From positions 47,554,001 through 47,618,000 of the forward strand of contig NC_042997.1 in the NCBI RefSeq assembly GCF_006345805.1: a stretch of 64,000 bases of DNA, read 5' to 3'. A program made the position numbers and the translations under genes. Below are positions 1-13,302 of this stretch, piece after piece (the first letter of the stretch is position 1; each line of letters opens with the position of its first letter). Origin of the DNA: Octopus sinensis. Lineage: Eukaryota. Under the pieces are notes generated by a model. The model did no database searches and had not been told where the DNA came from. It saw nothing but the letters and a program-made list of their open reading frames with translations.

Positions 1-560
1 CATTAAAATCGATTGCTCTGTCAATTTAATATTTATTTTTCCAATAAATAACTAAACTTTTGTGAAATTTTGTTAGAAATTTTTTACATTTGTCTTTTCC
101 GTATCATCTTTTTCTAATTTATTTTCTCAATTATCCATGCCCTAACAGATTATTATCATTTAAAAATGAATATAGCTTTCTTAAATAGACTCACTCGACA
201 CACCAAACAGATAAAAGGGAAATAACATCATCTCTTGTCCATCACTTTCTCTTTCTCATAGTTATTAACTATGGATGTGAAACTGACTGCTATGAGTAGC
301 GAAACCACATTCCAAACTATATAGTAGGATGCTAAATATTTACAACTTCCTTCTTTTAGCACGGATACCTTCATTTTACCCGCTCCAAATCACACGTTTT
401 TTTTTTCTCTTCGATCTCTTCCTTCTTTGTCTTCACAAGCATTTCCTGTTTGAAACGTTGTAACGTCTTTCTTTTTGTAAACTCATACATATAGGTTTTC
501 CAAAATCTTGACTATAAGTTCGTAACTGTGACATTGATAGATATCATAATACTGCCTAGT

Positions 561-750
561 GGAGGCGCAATGGCCCAGTGGTTAGGACAGCGGTCTTAGG
601 GTCGCGGTTTCGATTCCCAGACCGTTGTGAATGTTTATTGAGCGAAAACAGCCAAAGCTCGACGAGGCTCCGGCAGGGGGTGGTGGGGAACCTAACTGTA
701 CTCTTTCACCACAACTTCCTCTCACTCTTTCTTCCTGTTTCTCTTGTACC
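561..750 (+). mobile_element. tRNA-derived SINE, family C, 3'-truncated copy
   Basis: GGAGGCGCAATGGCCCAGTGGTTAGG (A box-like) ... GGTTTCGATTCCCAG (B box-like). Homologous copies at 17220-17500 and 63009-63276. Confidence 0.85.
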
Positions 751-879
751 TTTATTATAGGAAGGTATATTTACTTTGGGGGTTGTGCTCCGTGAAGTTG
801 TGTGCAAATCCGCCGGCTTAATAGACAGGTGAGCATTTCGACTCAGAAGTGCAATTTGAGGAATAAACACTATGAATAT

Positions 880-1089
880 TCTTTTCAAGTTTTGACACAA
901 GGCTAGAAATTTCGCGAGGTAGGAAGTAAGTCACTTACATCGACACCAGTATTCAGCTGGTACTTATTATATTGACGCCGAAGGAATGAAATGCAAACTG
1001 ACCCTCAGCAGTGTTTGCTATCAGAATGTAAATACGGATGAATTGCCGCTAAGCATTTCGTCCGGTGTGCTAACGATTCTGCCAGCTCA
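880..1089 (-). mobile_element. tRNA-derived SINE, family B (Meta-domain-like core), diverged copy
   Basis: Reverse complement reads CTGAGCTGGCAGAATCGTTAGCACACCGGACGAAATGCTTAGCGG..., the same head and body as 23386-23585. Confidence 0.8.
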
Positions 1090-1268
1090 GCTTAGCGGTA
1101 CTTCGTCTGTATTTACGTTCTGAATTCAAATTCCGCTAAGGTCGACTTTGCCTTTCATCCTTTCGGAGTCGATAAATTAAGTACCAGTTGAGTACTGGTG
1201 TCAATCTAATGTACTGCCCCCCTCCCCCAAAATTTTGCGCCTTGTTCCTACAGTAGAAAAGAATATTA
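1090..1268 (+). mobile_element. tRNA-derived SINE, family B, 5'-truncated, short-tail variant
   Basis: Core GTCGACTTTGCCTTTCATCCTTTCGGAGTCGATAAATTAAGTACCAG, which from recall resembles the Meta/MESC central domain. Tail CCTCCCCCAAAATTTTGCGCCTTGTTCCTACAGTAGAAAAGAAT. Confidence 0.85.
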
Positions 1269-1611
1269 TCCTCTTTCACTGAAAAATAATGTGTGCTCGT
1301 ATGGTTATGATTCTCGCTTCGGATCCACATTCAATTATACGATGTGTCACACTTTTAAAAAGTGTCTTCTAGCAGAAAGCAGAACGACAATTTCATATCA
1401 CTTTTCAAAAGAATATGATGATATTTGAGAAAGATTTTGTTGCTACTTCAAGTAGATCAAACAACCATTTAGACGCTATCGCATTAGTTTGCTTGATATA
1501 CATTTTATCAAGTAGATAATGAAAATTAATTTGCCAGCCCTCTAGTAGATTTGACTAATTTATTACCATAATGACTTAAATACTTGAATTATGTAATGAA
1601 TATACTTGATA

Positions 1612-2011
1612 GGCGTAGGAGTGGCTGTATGGTAAGTAGCTTGTTTACCAACCACATGGTTCCGGGTTCAGTCCCACTGCGTGGCACCTTGGGCAAGTGT
1701 CTTCTACTATAGCCTCGGGCCGACCAAAGCCTTGTGAGTGGATTTGGTATACGGAAACTGAAAGAAGCCCGTCGTATATATGTATATGCGTGTATGTGTT
1801 TGTGCGTCTGTGTTTGTCCCCCTAGCATTGCTTGACAACCGATGCTGGTATGTTTATGTCTCCGTCACTTAGCGGTTCGGCAAAAGAGACCGATAGAAGA
1901 AGTACTGGGCTTACAAAAGAATAAGTCCCGGGGTCGAGTTGCTCGATTAAAAAAGGCGGTGCTCCAGCATGGCCGCAGTCAAATGACTGAAACAAGTAAA
2001 AGAGTAAAGAG
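1612..2011 (+). mobile_element. Composite tRNA-derived SINE, family A (CORE-like left part, internal TA/TG tract, right part with AAAAGAG tail), full length
   Basis: Head GGCGTAGGAGTGGCTGTATGGTAAGTAGC...GGTTCAGTCCC and a CCTTGGGCAAGT CORE-like motif. Near-identical copies at 61065-61480 (+), 21003-21460 (-) and 35890-36250 (-). Confidence 0.9.
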
Positions 2012-3095
2012 ATGGTTTAGTTCTACGAGTATATGTCAAGGGAAACTAACAATAACGCGCCCAGATCTACGAAGAGGGACGAATGTTCTCTTAAGTTACC
2101 GAGCAATGGAAGTGAATCCTAAAACCATGTAGTAGCAACGCAAAATTCTTAACCATATAACCATATCTACAATCACAGACATTGGTTTTTAAGTGTAACG
2201 TTCACACAATTTTAAGTGAAATGTTTACACATTTTCTCCAAATGTTGAGATTATCTGTTTTAAACACATGTACAAATGAGGATAAAGACGCATGCGTAGT
2301 GAAAATATAAAATAGCTTCGAACGGAATTCGAACAGAGCCTCAAACAATTCAGAAACATCATTCTATGATTCATGCTTCAATTATCATCAACTGGATAAC
2401 TGAACTTTATAAATTTGTTAAACTAGATTGTTTTTTTCGTTGTAAATTTTTGTGAGCACACAAGGTATCTAAGACCTTATTTAATGTCTATTAAAAAAAA
2501 AACACCCCGAGTTCAAGAGCGAGTTGTAGTTTTAGCTCTTATTTCTACCTTCATTCGTAGAGGTTCACTCGTTGGCTCAACATGTTATCACTATTAAAAT
2601 CAATAGTTGCGATTCAGATGTATCTTTTTTATTGCTCCCAGTGAAAAGAAAGATTGAAACCATCTTTGAAACATGTTTTGACGACAGCATAAACTCTGAA
2701 GTGATGTTAAACGAATAAATTATAGTAAATTTTCTAATTATTTTTGTGTTTTTTTTTCTAACGTGAAAACAATCTATCTATTTATTGCTGGTTGATTTTG
2801 CTCAGAGGAAATATGCTTAAGTGAAATTGAAAGCTAAAATGTCAATGTTATATTTTAGTTTGGAAAGATTTATAATGTGAGCATAAAACAGATTATTCAC
2901 AGGGGAACTCAAATATTACCGTACTCTAATAGTATACATTTTATCTATATAATGAACGGCTATTATGACACCTGATTGAATTATATCGATATAAATTTTT
3001 ATATAAGTTGAGAAATATTAACTTCCGTATTAAGTTTTACATTAAAATACAGATTCCATTAGATGGCAGTCATTACTAATAACGTTGTATTGTTT

Positions 3096-3098
<3 letters not shown>

Positions 3099-3145
<47 letters not shown>
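3099..3145. repeat. (TA)n microsatellite
   Basis: Pure TA run. Confidence 0.95.
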
Positions 3146-3147
<2 letters not shown>

Positions 3148-3719
3148 TTTGTAGTTGCTTGAGGTTATGACACAAAATTATTTGAAAGCAAAGCTAGAAA
3201 CAATTTCCGATATATCTATATTCAGCTGATAGCATCTATTATAGGTAACGTGATTTTTATTTTACACGAATGGATAGTAACATCTACGGCATCAGGTGAT
3301 TTATTTTTGAAATTTCCGCATATATAAGAAATCTTACCAAGAAAGCATACATGATTCAGTAGAAAAACTGAATTAAATGCAACTATGTCAATACAACGAT
3401 TCCAAGGGTTCGTTTGATTTTTTAGTCAAGAAGGAAAGCAATTCTCATGATGCTTTCTGATGCCTCCATAACTGGCAGGTAGAAAACAACAAGGTATCTT
3501 CAAATCCGAGGATTGCTTCGAATGTTTTAACAGTCAGGCATCCACTATCTTCACCAAAGATTCCAGTTGGCGGTGTAGAATCTTGTGGTGTATTAAATGC
3601 ATCATGCAAGTACGCTAATGCATCATCTGTGATATGCAAACAGAAGGTACTAACCGTAATAAATACAAGAAGTTTCAGGCGATGAAGTTATATGCCTGCT
3701 AACCCACTTTATTGGCATT

Positions 3720-4015
3720 TTTTTTTATCTATCTCGAATCTCTGTCCCACTGTTCAACCAGTCCCACCTATGATCTCGAGCAAATTCAGTTGTGGTTACA
3801 TGGAAATAATTGCGTAATCCCTTGTTCTGTAGTGCTGCTTCTTAACGTCTTTCTTGTACTACTTGTTTTATTCTTTTCTTCTCCCCGGCTTCCAATATAA
3901 ACTCATTTCTAACCCTCACTCAAAAGGCTTCCCCACTTTGGGTTAGATATCTCAACAAGTTTCCTTGTACAATATGCACACATTCTTCCACACTTATCAG
4001 TTCCTTTCCTCCATT
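3720..4015 (-). mobile_element. Degenerate non-LTR retrotransposon fragment, R4/Dong-like (post-RT region)
   Basis: Manual translation: GGKELISVEECVHIVQGNLLRYLTQSGEAF*VRVRNEFIL...RDHRWDWLNSG. This resembles the GGRGLxSVEDCV...Y...WxWLxxG pattern of R4/Dong-type ORFs. In-frame stops are present. Confidence 0.55.
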
Positions 4016-4023
4016 TGCTATCA

Positions 4024-4067
<44 letters not shown>

Positions 4068-5229
4068 TATATATGCAGACTTCAAGTCAAATCGTCCCAA
4101 CACTTTTCACACATAATGTTATAATTTCAATACATCAAATAAATAAACTGAAACAAATAAATTAAAAGTAGCTTTTACTAAAAGTGGCATTTCTTTCCTC
4201 GTGAAACAATATAAATCTAATAGAATTTGCAAACATTCATCGCTCTGAACTACACAAATGTTCCACGTGCATAAAAGCTAATAATACACGGGATTATAGA
4301 CGAGATTTCTTCGACATTTACATTAAACAAAAGACGGGAAAACTATAGCAAAACGACGTCAAAACATCATCCCATATACAAAATTTGGTTAACGAAAATA
4401 AATAAATACATCTACAAAAAAGAAATTGATATCTTAGACAGGATAAAAGCGACTTGCAGAAAAGAGAGAACACAATCACAAGCTGCCTCACTCGAACAAA
4501 CCAGATAATTCTTTGCACGTTTAAAAGCAAAAATGAATTCTTCCTATGCTGAGTACAAGTGTATAACTAGAGTGTAGTATATGTGAGTTGCATACAGAAG
4601 GAAGACAACCATAATGTTGAGCATGTGTATTTATGTGTCCTCCTATTTGATAAGAGTAAACCGGAAACACGCATACACACAAGACAAGAAAAGGAAGAAA
4701 TTCCTCCCCTGCTAAATAACTAAAAAATCACTTACGAATACATAGTTGTAAATGTTATTCTTTACTAATCCGATAAAATCTGTACCAGCTTATGCTACTT
4801 TCAACCTCAAACTCTGTGGAAACTCGAATCTAGTCCACCCCAAAAATTAGCCGCCAATTCCTGTAGTTGAATATATACAAAACATTCATGCATACATGGA
4901 TCTACGTATTTACATAAAGACTTGTATTTCAGTCGACATTACCAGTGAGGAAAAGAATAATTACAAACTACTGCGGAATAGAATTTTCCACCCAGATTTT
5001 AGATATATCTTATCAGCTATAACTGGTAGAGGTTGATACCAATTAGAAATAAATGTCTAAGTAATTCGTTTGAATATCTAGAGATCCCCGGTGCAAATGA
5101 AAAATGACCAGCAGATTTGCACATTACAAATAAAAGTTTATCAGAAAAGTAATTATATACACCAAACTTGAATTGACTTGAAAATAGTATATATACAGCG
5201 ATACAACTTTTATTTATTAACAACTGGCT

Positions 5230-5864
5230 CATTTATGTATAAGAAGAATTTACATAATAAATAATTACATCATATATATTTGCATAGATATACTTGTGTG
5301 TGTGACATATGTAAGAATGAACACACACATATAAATACACACACACGCATACACACACATACGCATACACATATACACGCGCAACAGGCACACATACACA
5401 TACACACAAAGAGAGAGAGAGAGAGAGAGACCAAATCACAGTAGGCTTCCACGTCCTTCTTGTTCATGAAAATAGCGTGGTGGATATGCAATGAAATGTA
5501 AAAAAAAGATGAAAAATATAATCAGAAATTTGAAGCATGCACGTCGTTCTTTAATTTCGTAGATCTCTTGCGCTCGAAACATTTGTCGTATGCATAGAAA
5601 ACAAACAAAAGAGCACACACACACACACACACACACAAAATAATACACATACACACACGATTGAGCAAGTGTACACATGCATATGTATATGCATGTGTGT
5701 ATATATATATACATGCATATGTAAATGTATATAGATGTATACATATATACATATAAATGTATGTAATATATATATATGCCTATATATGTTTATATAAGTA
5801 TGTACGTATATATATATATATATATTTATGTATATATATACATATATATATATGTATGTATACG

Positions 5865-5896
<32 letters not shown>

Positions 5897-6050
5897 CACG
5901 CATATATATATATATACGTACATACTTTCGTACATACTTTCATGCATGCATACATACATACATACATACATACATACATACATGCATGAATACATACAGA
6001 CTTTCATGCATAGACCACAGAGGCGCACACAAGCACACACTCTGACACAT
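5230..6050. repeat. Compound microsatellite field (CA/TA/GA/TACA)
   Basis: Dinucleotide and tetranucleotide tracts. They explain the YI/HT/CV-rich pseudo-ORFs in the track. Confidence 0.9.
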
Positions 6051-7619
6051 ATATACCCTGTGGAATTTTACATTATATCCCTTGATCCGGTCTTTTTAAT
6101 AACATGTAGTTTATTGCATTCCGTTTTGTTACAGATAAATAATACTGACAAAAGAGCAGAGGAAGGGGAAAAATCATTGAATCTCTGTCATGTAGTGCAG
6201 CGATAAATAAACCTATTAGAAATATATTGTGACCTTATGTACAGAAATTCTAAGAATACTGTTAGTACTGCAACCTCTTTTCTTACTCATGAGCTCTGTT
6301 ATTCTTAATTATTTTCTTTGGCGTGCCAAGCAGGTCATGCTAGGTGAAGGATAGGAAATTATTCAGAACTTTTAGGCCAGGAAGTACAGAAAGAAATATT
6401 TTGTACCGAACGAAACATAGCAATATCCCGCCTTTTGCTTTACATTTACAAATAATACAAGTGTTGTGAAAGACTTATGGAAAAGAAAGTCTGAATTTTC
6501 GTTAAAGGAATAATACAAAAAATGGTACCTACCGTTGGCGTAGAATGATGGGTATAATTACAAAATTAAGAATTAGGCCACAAAAATATTGATTTTTATA
6601 CTTTATAAGAAAACTAATTTTTCTTAGCTGACACAGGGATATATGAGACCATGATTTGGACTTACTAGTCCTCAACAGAGAACAAAGAATACATCTGCAT
6701 TAGTGTTAAGTGCTTTGCTAACATGAAGAACATATCCATTTATGGTCCCCTAGTGGGCAATAGGTTTACTAACTGTTAAAACTACGAAATGTTTTATATG
6801 CTGTAGACAAAAATATTTAAGCAGTTGTGCAGAGAGTTCTTCATTTCGTATATGGATCGATAATTTGTACATTTACCCATAGAGAATAATAATATCTACA
6901 TGATCGTTTAGGCAAACACAATTTGATATTTCGTAACGCGTGTTGTCTCTGGATAGGTTTATGTGTATACATAGACACACATAGATGCACACACAACTAC
7001 ATATGGATTTATAAATGCCCATATTCAAGCATACTCATAGGTGTGTGTGTCTATGTGTGTGTGTCTGTGTCTGTGTGAGTGTGTGCGCGCGCGTCTATTG
7101 TGTAAAATATTGGTACTCAAATATTTTGGAGGCTGTCGCAATGCGAATGACCGTACGAAAAGAAGAATTAAATAATAATAACAATACAAAATAAAATGCC
7201 GAGAAATATTGGGGTAAATTGCAATTTACCATCTTAAATTGCAAATTATGTTGAAGGGAGTTTGAAAATTTTAAAACATATCTATTGATTGATTACATTT
7301 GTACGTAAACGCCGTTGTGTGTCAGTATGTGTGTGGTTGGCGTACGTGTAGACAAATTTCTTCCAAAGACAGCGGGTTTTTGAAGCCATGCTCATTTGGA
7401 TTCCTGAGCCGACAAGTACAAAGCTCCTTCCAGACCAGCATGCTTGTTCATTACAGAAATAATCGTTCCATATTTCGATGCTGGTTCATTTTCTTAGGTG
7501 AGTGAAAATGGCAAAATCAACAGGAAAGTATTTTCTTAAAAAAACAAAGCACTCTCGGGTAAATATATATATATATACATATGTGTACACACACATATAT
7601 ATAATATACATAAATATAT

Positions 7620-8170
7620 CTCTATGTCACGCTGGTGAGACCCATATTGGAGTACGGGATTCAAGACTCTTCTCTTTATCTCCTCAAAGACATACAACAT
7701 CTCGAAAGAGTCCAGAAGCTGGATACCCGCATGGTTCTTGGTCTCAAGAATTTGTCTTATGAAGAAAGGCTGAAGACGCTCGACCTTTATTCTCTAGAAA
7801 AACAATGACGCCGTGGAGATCTCATTCTTGCTCACAACATCATAAGCGGAAAGTGTAACCTCTCAAAAGAGCTGTTCTTCACTCCTGCTACAGAGCGTCG
7901 GCTGCGGGATCATTCCGAAAAGCTCTATTTGCGACGATTTCATCTAAATCGAAGGAGGGGGGCTTTCTCCATCCGGGTTGCGGATCCGTGGAATAAGCTG
8001 CCAGACGAGATAGTGAAGATGCCGACGACCGCTCGGTTCAAAGTCTCCCTTGACCTCAAGTGGCCTGAACTCTTTACATGAACACCACCCTGTACATAAC
8101 TCCATGTCCCCCTACATGGCCTTGCTTTTTGCTTTTTGAGCCCAAAAATTAACTAACTAACTAACTAACA
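7620..8170 (+). mobile_element. CR1-like LINE 3' end (ORF2 C-terminus, 3' UTR and (CTAA)n tail)
   Basis: Frame from 7620: LYVTLVRPILEYG...LERVQK...LSYEERLKTLDLYSLEKQ*RRGDLI...RVADPWNKLP...ELFT*, with the stop at 8079-8081. Tandem CTAA tail at about 8148-8170. Confidence 0.9.
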
Positions 8171-8199
8171 TATATTTGTACATGTGGGTGAATGCATGT

Positions 8200-8374
8200 A
8201 TGCATATGTGTGTGTGTGTGTGTACACCCGTACACATATAAACTATTCTATAGATAATTAAATCAGCATTAAGGAAAAGAACGATTTCACAGTAACTGCA
8301 ACAGAGTTGGGTGACGTATGAATAAATTATTGTATGATCATATACACACAACTTCACACGCACAAATGCACACA

Positions 8375-8412
<38 letters not shown>

Positions 8413-8422
8413 GTATACATAA

Positions 8423-8453
<31 letters not shown>

Positions 8454-8464
8454 CGTATACATAA

Positions 8465-8526
<62 letters not shown>

Positions 8527-8600
8527 ATGTGTGTGCGTGTGTATGTGTGTGTGCCTGTATATGTGGTGTGTGTAATATATATGTCTGCGGGTTTCTAATT
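8200..8600. repeat. Compound microsatellite field (TG/TA/CA)
   Basis: Direct reading. Confidence 0.9.
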
Positions 8601-10074
8601 TATAGCGGTCTTCTTGTGTATGTATGTTTGTATTCAAATATGTGATTCTTTATAAATTTCGTTTCAGTGTGAATGATTATTCCAGATTTCTGACAAAGTT
8701 CAATTTAATCAATTCCTGGATATTTCCGAAAATAATTTTCTCTCACTTTGCTCATCGGAAAAGAAAAAAAAAAAAGAAAATGCTATTCATCAGAATATAG
8801 TAAAAGTAGTTGCCTCACAATACTATCTTCGAGTGGTGTCATATTATATATTTTGCAGTATAACTAAGGAAGGCATGTTGTATTTATATAACGAGAAGTG
8901 TCGAATCACGTTCATGAATACTTGGGCAAACCTGATTCCAAACGAAAATCGAAACTGTGAGAACATTTAGGAGATAAAAATGAGTGATTTTATGAGTGAG
9001 GTGGGCATAGAATCGAGCGCTATATTACGGTGTACGGTGAATCACGATGTATGAGTAATCAATCTATAAATATTTGTATGAGGTTTTATTTAGGGAGGAA
9101 AAGATTTTCAGTGTTAATAAGAGTACACAGTGACACAGTGAGAGAAAATAAAAATAGAAGTGAATATGTACGAAACCATTAAATACTCGTTATATGTGTT
9201 TATTTTATTTATTTTTTTTTTTGTACTGTTCGATCCGGTAAATCGCTTCAAGGACGACTTCCTCATTTCACTGGTTGTTAAAACACCTGTAAGTCATAGA
9301 CAGGCGACACAGGAGTGATGGACACTGATATTTCGTCATACATATATATATATATATATATGCATATACATATATGTATACATATATGTGTGTGTGTGTG
9401 TGTGTTAACATATACATACTTATATACATTCATACACGCACACATATACATATCTGTACACATATAAACTTACTTTTTTTTTCAGTTTGAATAAATTTTG
9501 ATAGACTACCTACTTAGTAACTAGTTTGCGAAAGAAAGCATCCTGTTCTGTTCCTTAATGATCCCAGATATCGCTACTATTTGTAATGCATGGATTAAGG
9601 AATTGCGTTCCCCACTGACTTCATTCAGGACAGATTGCTACGAATCCTGCTTTTCCAATTATAATTATGTAGCTGAAAGTGTATTTCGGGTACTGGATAT
9701 ACAAACGCCTCGTGAATGGTTCAGAGATGTCTCCTTGCCCTTGTAATTTCCTAACCATGCTGGTATGCAGAGTGAAGTTGATTTCCGCAACAGAATGTAT
9801 AATTTCCTTGTGACCCTCCAAAACAAAATCTGGCCGGTTGGGTTTTAACTTGGTGGCTGCTTTACTTTTTAAGTTCCCTTAAATCGTCTATATCTCCATT
9901 GATGTTAAAGTTTCCTGTAACCCTGAGCAATTTGCAAGTGCGACCGTTATCTTACTGAGTTCTTGTAGTAACAACTTCAGAATGCCATATGTTGGCGTGA
10001 GAACAGGCACTGCAAAAGTATTGTGGACTATATGTTTGTTCTATGCTGAGAGTTCTGATAAACATATTCTGAAT

Positions 10075-10226
10075 ATGTATGTATTTACGCATGTATGTTT
10101 GCATGTACGTATGCATGTATGTACGTTCTAAAGTATATACATGCGTTCCTATGTATGTATGTATGTATGTATGTATGTATGTATGTATGTATGCATGTAT
10201 GTATTTATATATGTATGTATGTATGT
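10075..10226. repeat. (ATGT)n microsatellite
   Basis: Direct reading. Confidence 0.9.
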
Positions 10227-10780
10227 CAGGTTACTTTCGAGTGCTACTGGTAACATGTAACCCAGTACAACCTGTTGCATGGTCGGGTCGTTGGCGACTA
10301 AACCGGCAACCCCACCAAGCTTGCTTGGTGAGAAGGGTGTTTATTGGACACCCTGCGGTATGAAAAAGAAAACCCGTCAAAGGACGGAGGAACTCTTGAG
10401 AGTCAACGGCCATCCAATAAATGCCTTAAAGCTGTATTATGCTCGGGGACATAGAAGTAATCGGACTGAATACCCGATCGCGCGGTTAAACCATTGGGAG
10501 TGAAGGACTCCTAGCCTTTGTTAGGGCATCCTTCTAGGAGAAGGTAACTTAGGTAACTGGGATAACTCCGACATAAAACCTGCGACTCAGCGGTTACCGA
10601 TGATGCTGACTTGTTCTTCTTTTCGGATGTTGGCTGCTGTTGCTTAGTGAGTGGGATTGACTCAGTGCACAGCTTTTCCTCACTTAAAAAAAAATCTTCT
10701 TGCACAGGCATTACATGATAACAAGATTGATTAAGCTTCGTGCAATGGCCATACTCGATAACGAGGGGGCAGCCACCATG
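10227..10780 (+). mobile_element. Probable RTE-type LINE 5' UTR-derived repeat
   Basis: GC-richer island between two (ATGT)n tracts. It contains GGGCATCCTTCTAGGAGAAGGTAAC, which from recall resembles the RTE 5' UTR motif. There is no second copy in the window. Confidence 0.35.
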
Positions 10781-10806
10781 CATATATGTATGTATATGTG
10801 TATGCA

Positions 10807-10842
<36 letters not shown>

Positions 10843-10965
10843 TGTATGTATGTATGTATGCATGTATGCATATATGTATGTATGTTTGTATCTATGTATG
10901 TATGCATGTATACATATATGTATGTATGTATGCATATATGTATGTATGCATGTATGTATGTATGT
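10781..10965. repeat. (ATGT)n microsatellite
   Basis: Direct reading. Confidence 0.9.
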
Positions 10966-12159
10966 CTTCCAGCCCAACCAGCAGGAAAGCACCATGCGAA
11001 ATCTAGAACAGTGGCATTACTCATCATGAGTCAATCACAGAAAACTCATGTCACAGGAAATCTGCAATACTTTCAAGCCTTAGAGTACGCGGTTGCTCTA
11101 TGACTCATACTTCAGCGATAGATAAAGAATAAGGAATAAAGAAATTGATAAAAATACTGAAATGAAATATAATTGTTAAAATCTTTTGAATGTTCAACAA
11201 ACATGTTTAAATAAATCTTGAAATACTTTAGAAAATACTGAATGAACTTTATGAGTGAAACCGTGTTTAATTCGGGCGTGAAGAGCCTCATATGATGTTC
11301 TATTAGATATCAATATCAGGAAGAAATCAGGACAAAAAGTGCGGTATCTGACAAGTTTTCTGTCAACGATCGAATGTCAATTGTGTCTATTACTAAAAAA
11401 AGAAAGGAGAAAAAAATCTCTGATATAAACTAAAGAAATCGAAGGACAGAAATTTTTAGCCAATCGTAGACTAATGAATTTAGAAAAAAAATTGAATTAA
11501 AATACACTTCGAATAACAGTAATAGAGAAAAAATAGAATTAAAATGGTGAAATTATAAATGATTTTGCTTTAAAGAAATTTTGCTTCCAAATTTCCAGGC
11601 AAACGTAACTTATACAAATTATCGACCTGCCTCGCTCTCTACGTCATTGGCTTTCTCACCCTATAAAAATACGCAACCACAAACAAGCACACCTCTCTAT
11701 ATAAGTGTTTGTGTGTGTGTATCCGTGCACGTGTGGGTGTGTATGTGTGCTCCTTACCATGCTTCTTATGACGCTCGAAAATAAAGTAAGAAAAGTATAT
11801 AAGAACTATTGAATGAAATGAAAGATTGCCTTCATTTTGCCATTTACGTATGTGCAATCTGTAAGTAAGTATGAAGTTGAACTCCATTACATTTCGTTCA
11901 ACACAGTTTGACATCACCGATTCTTTAACTCTCTCTCTCTCTCACTTTAAGCACATACAACTTTGTACAATATTGTAAGACATGTCTAAACTTAAGGGAA
12001 AAAAATCTATCATATCATTTATACATAACATAGATGCACACATGTGAACGAGTGATAGTATTCTGATACATCGAACGTGTAAGTGATATTCACAAAACAT
12101 ATATTCATAAATACGTATATTCACACGCTTAGATATTCGTGTAAATGTGCATGTTTATG

Positions 12160-12192
12160 TAAATAAATATATACATATATATGTATATATAT

Positions 12193-12264
<72 letters not shown>

Positions 12265-12412
12265 CGTATATATTGCGTGTGTATGTACATATATATACAT
12301 ACATATACGTATATACTTATATTTATATATATAAATAAATATATATATATATGTACGTATATTCATATACATAAATATATATATGCATATATATACATAT
12401 GTATTTAAACAT

Positions 12413-12453
<41 letters not shown>

Positions 12454-12473
12454 CAAATATATACATACATTTA

Positions 12474-12504
<31 letters not shown>

Positions 12505-12582
12505 GTAGATATATATATGCATGCACACACACATACATATATACATGTATATATATATATACATACACATATATATACATAC

Positions 12583-12618
<36 letters not shown>

Positions 12619-12640
12619 ATGTATATGTACATATATTTGT
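12160..12640. repeat. Long compound (TA)/(CA)/(TG) microsatellite field
   Basis: Direct reading. Confidence 0.9.
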
Positions 12641-13019
12641 ATCGAACTAGTATTGATTTTAGTTGCAATGCACGTATTTCCGATATAAATTTCATATGCC
12701 CAAATTTGACATCCTATACAACTGCATTCTATACAAACATTTCAAAATTATCACCTTTATAACCTGTAATCGAGAATTAAATTCAATATCATTTACTACT
12801 GCTCTCTGTATATAAAGTGCTTTTTTTTTTGCTACGGCCATATTCACAGTGGTTGAAAATGATCCAAATTCCTGAGATAAACTATTCAGTGAGTGTATGC
12901 TTTCGACTGAATTGGTGAAACCAATTTCGTGAGAGTAATTGAAAAGGAAGAAATCCGTACAAAACAGATAAGGCAAAATTCAGAAAATGTTATTGCATCC
13001 AACTACGACATTACGACGG

Positions 13020-13229
13020 AGATTCTTACAGAAACATGAACACAACAACGACAGCAACAACAGCAGTAACAACATTAACAGGAGCAGCAACGTCAACAAC
13101 AGCAACAGCAGCAAGTACAGCAATACTGATACTAATACTAATAATAATATTCCAACTTGTTGTCTCTTGAGGTCTCTGGGTGAGACTTGGAGCCAACTTG
13201 TACAAATGTAAAGCAAAAGTCAAACGTAA

Positions 13230-13301
<72 letters not shown>

Positions 13302-13302
13302 A
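13020..13302. repeat. (AAC/AGC)n-like and (AAT)n trinucleotide tracts
   Basis: Direct reading. These tracts give the poly-N, poly-L and poly-I pseudo-ORFs. Confidence 0.85.

Noticed and set aside
272-313. Hammerhead-like CTGACT-GCTA(tgag)TAGC-GAAAC
   Set aside because: Helix II and GAAA are present, but the core lacks G8-A9 and there is no NUH or helix I in a valid topology.
8850-8970. Plus-strand acceptor-like TTTTGCAG followed by an open frame of about 35 codons
   Set aside because: No donor before the stop and no protein motif.
9500-10020. Possible minus-strand RTE endonuclease debris
   Set aside because: Too many stops and no motif I could identify with confidence.
12692-12976. 94-aa minus ORF
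   Set aside because: No domain similarity and no splice support; expected by chance.
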